Virus record (IMG/VR): IMGVR_UViG_3300010348_001764
Source of the DNA: an uncultured virus (IMG/VR IMGVR_UViG_3300010348_001764)
Taxonomy: Duplodnaviria; Heunggongvirae; Uroviricota; Caudoviricetes
Direction: 5' to 3' (one strand)
DNA: 33,013 nucleotides
Shown here: piece by piece, positions 15,688 through 22,780 of the stretch
How positions within the stretch are numbered: the stretch's first letter is position 1
Layout: the number at the start of each line of letters is the position of its first letter
Made by a program: the position numbers and the translations under genes
The notes under the pieces: model-generated
Seen by the model: only the letters and a program-made list of their open reading frames with translations
The model's database searches: none
What the model was told of the DNA's origin: nothing

Positions 15688-17681
15688 AGTCACTGCTCAA
15701 GGAGTTCGTCAATCAGGCTGACCTGAAGAAGGTCGACGGCTCAGACGCGGGTAAGACCGACGTTGTTGACAAGGCCGGCACCAAGGATGTTCAGTTCTCG
15801 CTGATGCGCAATACCATCAACTCAGATGGCAAGATCAACGGCGCGAACGTCAACGACTACCTCGAAAAGGCCAAGGACCTGAACGACGAGGTCGACAGCG
15901 TGCTGTACGGCCTGGAGACTGACGATGGTGAAGTCGTCAAGGTCTACGTGAACGCCACGCAGGCCGATGCCTTTGAAGCCGAGATGAAGAAGATGCTCGG
16001 CATGGAAGACGACATCGAGCAGGTGGTGAACGACCTGGCAACGCGCTTCGACATCATCGACGTGGTGTGGCCGAAGAGCTCTCAGGTGTCCAACCCAGAC
16101 GGTACGCCGGCTGAAGCTCCTGCTGATGAGCCGCTCGACATGGGTGCTGACGCCCCTGCTGATGGCGAAGGTGAGGAAGAGGGCGATGACGACATGGAGG
16201 TCATCGCCTCCGCTGACGACATCGCTGACGATGAAAGCACTCCCGACGACAAGAAGGTCGTGAAGGCCGAGAAGTCGAAGAAGCCTGTCAAGGCCGGTGC
16301 TGAAGACGAAGCGCCTGCTGAGGAAGAGGGCGAGGGCAGCGAGGAAGAAGCCACCGAGAAGAAGCCCAAGAAGCCAGCTGCCAAGGAAGGCAACAAGCAC
16401 GACAAGCTCAAGGGTCTCGGCAAGGGCCTCAAGGGCGAGAAGAAGACCGAGGTCACTGAAGAGGGTCTTGAAGAGGCCGCGCTTCAGCCCGGTTGGTACG
16501 TCATGGACGAGGACGACAAGACTGTCGCCGGTCCGATGAGTGAAGAAGCAGCTCGTAAGCTGTGCAGTCAAAAGGGTGGCGATGCCAAGGGCTTCAGCGT
16601 CACCTGTGTTTCTGATCACGCGGCCCGCAAATCCAATGAAGAGGTGAACATGACGATCGGCAAGAAGTTCCTGGATCGCTATCTTGGCGAAGCTGTCCAG
16701 CTCGATGAAGCCAAGAAGGACGTAGACGGCCGCCGCGACAACATCGACGTGCCAGGCCTGACCCGCACCTCGCCGCTGCTGTCAGCTCAGACGCAGCTCG
16801 CCGTGCTGGCCACGCAGCTGTACGTTGCGATGGGCATTCCAGCTGAAACGCTGCAGCGCAAGGTTCGCGCCACTCGCGAAGGTGCTGATGCTCTTGGCGA
16901 GAAGATGCGTCTCAACCCAACGCTGCGCCGCGTCGTCACCAACTTCTTCAACGCTCTCGCTGCTCAGCACGGCTGGGTTCGCGCTGAGGTGAAGGAAGCC
17001 AAGGAAGTGATGCCGCAGGACGACTTCACGCTGATGGGTTCCCGTGCCCTCGCTCAGCTTGAAGCTGCTCTCGTTGCTCTCGAGTGCCCTGAAGCTGTTG
17101 TCAAGATGGCCATCCGTCAGAACCGCGAGAGCCTGACGGACACCGCTCTCCTGCTGCAGAAGGGCGCCCTCCGCACCCGCTTCCAGCGCATGGCTTCTGA
17201 GATCGGTCTCGAGCTGCAGGCCGTGACGTCAGGCAAGAAGGCGTCTGAGCTCGAGCCCGAAGAGGTGACCGAGGCTGCCGATCGTTCTCGCTACGGCTGG
17301 TACAACAAGAAGAAGTCATCTGATGAAGACGAGGATGACGATGAGTTCATGATGGACAAGAAGACTGGTAAGCTGGTCTCAGTCCCAAAGAAGAAGCCGG
17401 ATGACAAGAAAAAGGTCGAAGAAGCCATCGATCCAGCTGGCGCCGACCTCTACGCTGACGCAGTCATGTCGCTGGTTGCCGCTCTCGGCGTGCCAGATGC
17501 GGCCTTCTCGCGTACTGCCCGCACGGTCATCGCCAAGGAGTTCCGCAACATGCGCACTGACGTCAATGTCGGCGGCCTGCTGTCGCTGATCAAGCGCTTC
17601 ACCGCGCAGTTCGATGCAGCCAAGTCGCGCATGACCCGTCAGAAGCCAGCTGGCACGCAGGGAACCCAAGGCACGGTGTGA
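15684..17681 (+). CDS. Probable prohead core / internal head polyprotein (665 aa)
   Basis: MKSLLKEF start; acidic and Lys-rich linkers; many [LV]-x-E-A sites; three internal helical repeats; GAGGAG SD. Confidence 0.6.
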   Translation: MKSLLKEFVNQADLKKVDGSDAGKTDVVDKAGTKDVQFSLMRNTINSDGKINGANVNDYLEKAKDLNDEVDSVLYGLETDDGEVVKVYVNATQADAFEAEMKKMLGMEDDIEQVVNDLATRFDIIDVVWPKSSQVSNPDGTPAEAPADEPLDMGADAPADGEGEEEGDDDMEVIASADDIADDESTPDDKKVVKAEKSKKPVKAGAEDEAPAEEEGEGSEEEATEKKPKKPAAKEGNKHDKLKGLGKGLKGEKKTEVTEEGLEEAALQPGWYVMDEDDKTVAGPMSEEAARKLCSQKGGDAKGFSVTCVSDHAARKSNEEVNMTIGKKFLDRYLGEAVQLDEAKKDVDGRRDNIDVPGLTRTSPLLSAQTQLAVLATQLYVAMGIPAETLQRKVRATREGADALGEKMRLNPTLRRVVTNFFNALAAQHGWVRAEVKEAKEVMPQDDFTLMGSRALAQLEAALVALECPEAVVKMAIRQNRESLTDTALLLQKGALRTRFQRMASEIGLELQAVTSGKKASELEPEEVTEAADRSRYGWYNKKKSSDEDEDDDEFMMDKKTGKLVSVPKKKPDDKKKVEEAIDPAGADLYADAVMSLVAALGVPDAAFSRTARTVIAKEFRNMRTDVNVGGLLSLIKRFTAQFDAAKSRMTRQKPAGTQGTQGTV

Positions 17682-18481
17682 TGAAGCTGCTTCGCGAGCT
17701 GTCCAAGAACGACGAGCCCAAGAAGGACGAAGTCAAGCCAGAGGAAGACAAGAAGGAGAAGCCAAAGGCAGCTCCTTCTGACGAGGCTCCTGCTGATGAC
17801 GTCGACGCCGGGCTCGAGCCTACCCTCCCTGAGGGTGGTTGGAACGTGGGGCACCTCGCGAACCACGGCATTCTCCTGTCGTGTGACGGCTTCTCGCTGA
17901 AGCTCGACCTGGACCAGCTGAACGTCCTCTTCGACCTGGCTGAGGAAGGCGACACCACCGGTGAGGTGCGCGACCACAGCGGTCAGCTCGTCACCGTTGA
18001 AGTGCAGTCCGACCGCATCATCCTGACGCGTGAAGGCGACGAGACATACCCAGGCGGTGTCGTTCTTGACCTTGACACGCTCAAGGAGATGGGCATCGAG
18101 CAGCACGAGGATGCTGCCGCCGAAGCCGCCGAGCAGGAGGATGAAGGCGGTGGACCTGATGCTGAGGCCGAAGAGCCAGCCGAAGGTGATACAATTGACG
18201 ATGAAGCAGCTAAAGATGACCTCGATGAGGGCATCAAGAAGGCGTTTCGTCGTTCAGGCAACAAGATCAAGCGCGGCTTCCGCGTAACGTCTGGCTTCCG
18301 CAAGGGACGAGTGGTAGCGAAGGCATCATCTGCCTTCAAGCCGCGCGCCAAGGCCAAGACCCGCATGAAGCTTCGCATCGCTGGCCGGAAGAAGCGGATC
18401 ATCCGCCTCCTCAAGTCCAAGCGTACTCGAAAGAAGTCTGCGTCGAAACGACTTGCTCGCATGAACAAGTCTGTCAAGTGA
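17681..18481 (+). CDS. Probable prohead core protein: acidic N-terminal half and very basic C-terminal domain
   Basis: MKLLREL start; LDE followed by a K/R-rich domain (RRSGNKIKRGFRVTSGFRKGRVV...KRLARMNK). Confidence 0.6.
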   Translation: MKLLRELSKNDEPKKDEVKPEEDKKEKPKAAPSDEAPADDVDAGLEPTLPEGGWNVGHLANHGILLSCDGFSLKLDLDQLNVLFDLAEEGDTTGEVRDHSGQLVTVEVQSDRIILTREGDETYPGGVVLDLDTLKEMGIEQHEDAAAEAAEQEDEGGGPDAEAEEPAEGDTIDDEAAKDDLDEGIKKAFRRSGNKIKRGFRVTSGFRKGRVVAKASSAFKPRAKAKTRMKLRIAGRKKRIIRLLKSKRTRKKSASKRLARMNKSVK

Positions 18482-19152
18482 CGTTCGACTACCCCGAAAT
18501 CTCCACCGTCAGCTACAACAACCAGCGCTGGTACGATACGCCAGCCGGCTGGATGCCGTCCATCACGACGATCCTGGGCGCCACCGCCTCACCTGAGAAG
18601 GTGCAGTCGCTGCAGCGCTGGCGCGATGGGGTTGGCCATGAGGAGGCCGACCGCATTACGCAGGAGGCAGCTGACAACGGCACGATGGTGCACCTGCTCT
18701 GCGAGCGCTTCCTCAAGGGGCAGAAGATCGACGCGCTGATCGATGGACAGCCGCCCACTCCGAAGTCGATGAAGGGCTTCAACTCGCTGAAGTTCAAGCT
18801 GCGCAACATCAAGGTGTGGGGCCAGGAGGTGGCGCTCTTCTCGAAGCGCTTTGAGGTAGCTGGTCGCTGCGACGTCATCTGCGAGTACAGCGGCCTTCCC
18901 GCGATCGTCGACTTCAAGACGGCTCGCCGCATCAAGGGCTACGACGACATCCACGACTACAAGGTGCAGCTTGCGTTCTACGGCGCAGCGCACAACGAGA
19001 TGTTTGGCACGAACATCAAGGACGGCATCGTGCTGATGGCGTCTGATGAGGGATTTCCACAGGAGTTCAGGATCAAGCTCGAAGATCACTACGACGAGCT
19101 CGCTCTCCGGGCATCCACCTTCTGGCAAGCCGCTGTAAATAGTGTAGCTTGA
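18478..19152 (+). CDS. PD-(D/E)XK exonuclease (phage exonuclease / Cas4-like fold)
   Basis: PSITTIL, GTMVH, QEVAL, AGRCD, IVDFKT and QLAFY. Confidence 0.88.
   Translation: MTFDYPEISTVSYNNQRWYDTPAGWMPSITTILGATASPEKVQSLQRWRDGVGHEEADRITQEAADNGTMVHLLCERFLKGQKIDALIDGQPPTPKSMKGFNSLKFKLRNIKVWGQEVALFSKRFEVAGRCDVICEYSGLPAIVDFKTARRIKGYDDIHDYKVQLAFYGAAHNEMFGTNIKDGIVLMASDEGFPQEFRIKLEDHYDELALRASTFWQAAVNSVA
19136..19142 (+). promoter_or_regulatory. Late promoter TAAATAG
   Basis: Lies inside the 3' end of the nuclease gene, 35 nt before ATG 19171. Confidence 0.7.
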
Positions 19153-19170
19153 AATCACACGGAGACGCGC

Positions 19171-19659
19171 ATGGCCGACCCAACAAACGAGATGGCAATC
19201 AACCTTCCTATGGTGGCACCAACCGCCGTAGGCGACATGGGCGCGCCAGCCCCGGCACCCGCCGAGATTGCCTACGATGACGCCACCGACAGCACCATCG
19301 TTGTTGGCAAGCCGATGCACTCACATGACCCTGCTCGCATCAGCGTCTACGCGCAGTCGATCAACCCGGTATCGGGCGGCTGGGCAACAGCATCGAGCGC
19401 TCAGACCGCTCCTGCTGCCGAGAAGCCTGCTGATGCAGTTGCTGTCTTCGACGTGGTGTTCAGCGTTGGTATCGACTGCGGTGACGGTGTGACGAAGACG
19501 TACCAGGTCGTCAAGCGCATCGGCATCGACAAGTGCAAGATTGCCTGCGACGCCGAGTGCACCACGCCGGTGTCCGTCGTCGAGAGCAAGAACGAACAGA
19601 AGCTCGCTGAAGCTGCCGCTACCAAGAAGCGCTTCCGCGTGCTCGCTGGACTGGAGTAA
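19171..19659 (+). CDS. Hypothetical late protein, probably head-associated (162 aa)
   Basis: GGAG SD; VVE and LAE sites; ends KRFRVLAGLE. Confidence 0.7.
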   Translation: MADPTNEMAINLPMVAPTAVGDMGAPAPAPAEIAYDDATDSTIVVGKPMHSHDPARISVYAQSINPVSGGWATASSAQTAPAAEKPADAVAVFDVVFSVGIDCGDGVTKTYQVVKRIGIDKCKIACDAECTTPVSVVESKNEQKLAEAAATKKRFRVLAGLE

Positions 19660-19661
19660 CC

Positions 19662-20192
19662 ATGGCACAAGTAGTCATCTTCGCTCCTCCTGGTGAGGAC
19701 GTTTCCGCCGGCAAGTCGGCGCTTGAGGACGCAGGCCACGACGTCGAGATCGTCGAGGCAACCCCTGAAAACCTGCTGCACATGGCCATCGGCATGCTCG
19801 AAGGCGAAGGTGGCATGGGTGGTGCTGGCGGCGGTGAAAAGACCGAGGAAGAGCCGGCTCCTGAAGAGGAGAGCACCGAAGAAGAGCCAGCTCCTGAAGA
19901 GGAGCCAGTTGGCGAAGCCGCTGTTGCTGATGAGGTGGTTCCCGTCTACGTCGGTACCGCTGGCAAGTTCTCGCTGCTGCGCGTTCTTGACATGCAGGAC
20001 GGCGAGAAGGTCACCTACAAGATCAACGAGAGCCAGTTCTCGTTCTGGAAGCCGGTCACCGGCCAGCGCATGCAGAACCTGCCAGTGACCATCGGTCAGC
20101 TCGACACCAGCCTGATGGTCAAGGTCGTTGCAGGTTCGAAGCCAGCCCTCGTCCTGACCGCTGAGGACGCAAAGCGACTTGGGCTACGATAA
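19662..20192 (+). CDS. Hypothetical late protein (176 aa) with a duplicated acidic linker
   Basis: GGAG SD; TEEEPAPEEE occurs twice; VGE-A site. Confidence 0.75.
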   Translation: MAQVVIFAPPGEDVSAGKSALEDAGHDVEIVEATPENLLHMAIGMLEGEGGMGGAGGGEKTEEEPAPEEESTEEEPAPEEEPVGEAAVADEVVPVYVGTAGKFSLLRVLDMQDGEKVTYKINESQFSFWKPVTGQRMQNLPVTIGQLDTSLMVKVVAGSKPALVLTAEDAKRLGLR

Positions 20193-20196
20193 GTAG
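20190..20196 (+). promoter_or_regulatory. Variant late promoter TAAGTAG
   Basis: One mismatch to TAAATAG; begins 10 nt before ATG 20200. Confidence 0.45.
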
Positions 20197-20199
20197 TTC

Positions 20200-20847
20200 A
20201 TGACCATTCGCAGTCCATTCTTCGTCGTTGAAGACGCGCTTTCCCCGGCGCGTTGTGAGCAGCTGATCGCCGAGCTGGGCATTCACTCGCCCAACGTGGA
20301 CGAGGCCGGCAAACCCATCAAGAACGAGCGCATCATGACCGAGCACGTTGGCCTGGTTCGCGACGTGCTCGATCCGCACCTTGCTGACATCGAGGTCCGC
20401 TACAGCGGCGCCATTCGCGGCATGGAGACACCGCTCTTCCAGCAGTTCTTCGAAAACCCGAAGGACCCAGCTGTCGGACACGGCTGTGAGAACGCAAAGT
20501 ACATGCGCAAGAAGTGGGTGAAGACGAAGGACGTCGACCTCGTTGGCTACCTGTGGCTGAAGGACTTCAACAGTGGCGTGCCACTTGACCCCCGCTTTGA
20601 GGTGTACGGCGGCAAGCTTGAGTTTCCGGCCTACGACTTCAGCCTCGTGCCCCAGCGCGGCACGCTCGTTCTCTTCCCAGCCGGACCGCACTTCATCACG
20701 TGCGTTTCGCCCATCCTGGTTGGCTCGCTTGAGCAGGTGAAGGTCACCATCAAGATGCTGAACAACCACAAGGACGGCGGCCCCTGGCTGTACCAGCCGT
20801 CAAGCTTTCCCGGAACGTACGCCGAGTGGTTTTCCGCTGAAGGCTAA
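20200..20847 (+). CDS. 2OG-Fe(II) oxygenase-fold protein (P4H-like) with an atypical active site
   Basis: FVVEDALSPARCEQLI, GGKLEF and PQRGTLVLFP are typical; canonical HxD and distal H/R are not evident. Confidence 0.7.
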   Translation: MTIRSPFFVVEDALSPARCEQLIAELGIHSPNVDEAGKPIKNERIMTEHVGLVRDVLDPHLADIEVRYSGAIRGMETPLFQQFFENPKDPAVGHGCENAKYMRKKWVKTKDVDLVGYLWLKDFNSGVPLDPRFEVYGGKLEFPAYDFSLVPQRGTLVLFPAGPHFITCVSPILVGSLEQVKVTIKMLNNHKDGGPWLYQPSSFPGTYAEWFSAEG

Positions 20848-20851
20848 ATAG
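20845..20851 (+). promoter_or_regulatory. Late promoter TAAATAG within a predicted SD-occluding hairpin
   Basis: Overlaps the TAA stop; 20827-20839 pairs with 20860-20872. Confidence 0.75.
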
Positions 20852-20874
20852 GCCATCCACAGCAGGAGACCATC

Positions 20875-21282
20875 ATGGCAGATGTAGCAGGCTACGCCCA
20901 CCCTGGCGCCGACCCCGAAAAGGGCTGGAGCGGCATCCTTCACCCGTCAATGACGAACAAGTTTCGTCTTCGCTTCGATGGAAGCAAGCGGTTTGACCTG
21001 ATCACGATGCAGACCACCAAGGTCGAGATCAGCGCACGTGACCGCACCATGCGCGTTTGGATCCAGAACCCGGTGGCGTACGCGCAGGACCTGCTCGACC
21101 TCATCGAGAAGCTGGGTCATGGCAAGCACTCAGGCCGCATCGAGGGACTGGACGGTGACGAAGGTGTCACGCTCATGTTCAAGTTCTTCGCCGAGCTGGA
21201 GGACCACAAGCTGGTGTTCGACTACGCCATCGGCGAGCCGCTCACCCACGAGCTGGTCTTCAAGTACACCCGCGCCTACTAG
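20875..21282 (+). CDS. Tail-tube-like protein (short paralog)
   Basis: GILHPSMTNKFRLRF...LITMQ...LDGD...FDYA...L.F.Y resembles gp19-type tube proteins of large myoviruses; AGGAG SD. Confidence 0.5.
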   Translation: MADVAGYAHPGADPEKGWSGILHPSMTNKFRLRFDGSKRFDLITMQTTKVEISARDRTMRVWIQNPVAYAQDLLDLIEKLGHGKHSGRIEGLDGDEGVTLMFKFFAELEDHKLVFDYAIGEPLTHELVFKYTRAY

Positions 21283-21288
21283 TAGGCG
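21273..21288. repeat. Perfect 16-bp palindrome at the convergent strand switch
   Basis: CGCCTACTAGTAGGCG contains both overlapping TAG stops. Confidence 0.9.
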
Positions 21289-22205
21289 ACCCAAGCCCCC
21301 TCAGTCTCGGTTTCACCACGCCACTCGTACACCACGTTGACCTCGGCAAGCGAGCCGTTGGGCTTCTCGCCGTAGTTGACGTGCACCAGGCTGCGGGTCG
21401 GACCCGTGTGCTCTCTAGTGGGAGCATCAGGCAGTCCATCACCACCGCTAAGGAACGTCTCGGCGAACGGGGTCAGGAAGTCGGTGTCCACTCCGTGGTC
21501 CTGCACATCTGCTGGGTTGGGATTGGGGATCGGAGGACCGCCCATTCCGTCATCGGTGTCACCCGACCGAGGCAGCATCTCAATCCAGGGGTCAGACGCG
21601 TTCACCTGAGTGCGCAGGTTCTCAATGTCCCAGCCAGTCGTGGGGATCATCGTCTGCGGGTCGGTCACCGTGGTAGTCGCCAAACGATACACCTGGGTGC
21701 GCGGAACGATCACAACCTCATCGGCAGGAGTGAAAACCGACGTGGTGGGGGTGAGCTTTGCGGCCAGTGAACCGGGTACTACAAACGGGCGCGAAAAGCT
21801 GAACGGGCCGAGTTCAGTCACGACGTCTGCGTCGGGCGCTATCTTCAAGCTAATGCCATATCTGCGCGCGCGTGGTGTGGTGTCGAGCTGATCGATCACG
21901 AGCTTGTCAGTCGCGGTCAGCCGGTTGTCGATGATGGTTGCCTTGGCTGGGCCGGAAACCATCTCTGCCGCGTTGACTACGTAGTTCGTTACGACGCACA
22001 CGCCGTCGTAGTTCGGTTGATCCGGCGCCACGAACTCGATCACCTGAACGGAGATGCGGTTGCCAGGTCCACCTGGTTCACGTGCACGGAAGTACGTTCC
22101 GCCCGCGAACAGCCGAGCCCGCAGCGATGAGCACGACCGCAGGTGCGGCCGCCCAGAGAAGGACGCAGGCCGGTATGGGTAGTCAGGCATCTTGCCGCTT
22201 GGCAC
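21279..22205 (-). CDS. Virion protein with tail-sheath-like motifs (start at 22205 or 22190)
   Basis: FRAREPGGPGNRISVQV and FLSGGDG resemble sheath-domain motifs; follows the PAAR gene. Confidence 0.55.
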   Translation of the reverse strand: MPSGKMPDYPYRPASFSGRPHLRSCSSLRARLFAGGTYFRAREPGGPGNRISVQVIEFVAPDQPNYDGVCVVTNYVVNAAEMVSGPAKATIIDNRLTATDKLVIDQLDTTPRARRYGISLKIAPDADVVTELGPFSFSRPFVVPGSLAAKLTPTTSVFTPADEVVIVPRTQVYRLATTTVTDPQTMIPTTGWDIENLRTQVNASDPWIEMLPRSGDTDDGMGGPPIPNPNPADVQDHGVDTDFLTPFAETFLSGGDGLPDAPTREHTGPTRSLVHVNYGEKPNGSLAEVNVVYEWRGETETEGAWVAY

Positions 22206-22208
22206 GGC

Positions 22209-22505
22209 TTACTCCTCGAACGAGACGGTGTTGGCGCCGGTGACAGCGATGCCGTCGTGCACGCTCTTGCCGCAGCGGTGGGGCGCGATTTTCGTCTTGC
22301 CCTTCAGCGCCACGGCCTGGTTGTTGATGAACACGGTGGATGTCCACGGACCAACGAACACGGTCGGTGGAAAGCAGCCATGACCGGTGGTGGTCTTGTG
22401 GCCCTGGTGGGTGATGGGCATGCCGTTAGCGAAGACGTTGGCCGAGCCGTCAGCTGAGTGGTCGCCACAGCTGACCCCATCTCCAATGCGCACCACGTTT
22501 CCCAT
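22209..22505 (-). CDS. PAAR-family spike tip protein (T4 gp5.4-like)
   Basis: VVRIGD...C...GSANVFANG...GHGCFPP...TVFINN...H.C...H...GANTV. Confidence 0.88.
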   Translation of the reverse strand: MGNVVRIGDGVSCGDHSADGSANVFANGMPITHQGHKTTTGHGCFPPTVFVGPWTSTVFINNQAVALKGKTKIAPHRCGKSVHDGIAVTGANTVSFEE

Positions 22506-22533
22506 GTTACATCTACCTCTCGTTACACATGGA

Positions 22534-22540
22534 CTATTTA
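22534..22540 (-). promoter_or_regulatory. Late promoter TAAATAG (minus strand)
   Basis: CTATTTA on the + strand, 35 nt upstream of the PAAR ATG. Confidence 0.75.
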
Positions 22541-22553
22541 CGACCTGCGCGGA

Positions 22554-22564
22554 TGTGATAGAAT
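22554..22564 (+). promoter_or_regulatory. Extended -10 promoter TGTGATAGAAT
   Basis: Ends 6 nt before ATG 22571. Confidence 0.6.
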
Positions 22565-22570
22565 AGCAAC

Positions 22571-22780
22571 ATGAAGCAGCTGTTCGACATCACGATGGCC
22601 GCGGCCAGGAGACCAAGCATGAAGATCGTCCGTCCCTACCCGCTGACGTTCCGCCAGAAGTGCCTGATGCGGATCGCCTACGTGTGCCTGCTGCTGTGCA
22701 GCTTCTCCGCACCGCAGTCGCGCCAGACCCGTGACCAGCTGCTTCAGCGGCTGGAGGGCTTCTACGTCAAGGGCCACTGA
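22571..22780 (+). CDS. Small hypothetical protein (69 aa), opposite in orientation to the structural block
   Basis: GC3-rich codons; own promoter; fills the intergenic gap exactly. Confidence 0.65.
   Translation: MKQLFDITMAAARRPSMKIVRPYPLTFRQKCLMRIAYVCLLLCSFSAPQSRQTRDQLLQRLEGFYVKGH

Noticed and set aside
18478..19152. Cas4 or a CRISPR system
   Set aside because: No Fe-S cysteine cluster, no other cas genes and no repeat-spacer array seen; better explained as a stand-alone phage exonuclease
19842..19906. Direct repeat encoding TEEEPAPEEE twice
   Set aside because: Simple in-frame linker duplication, not an array or mobile-element end
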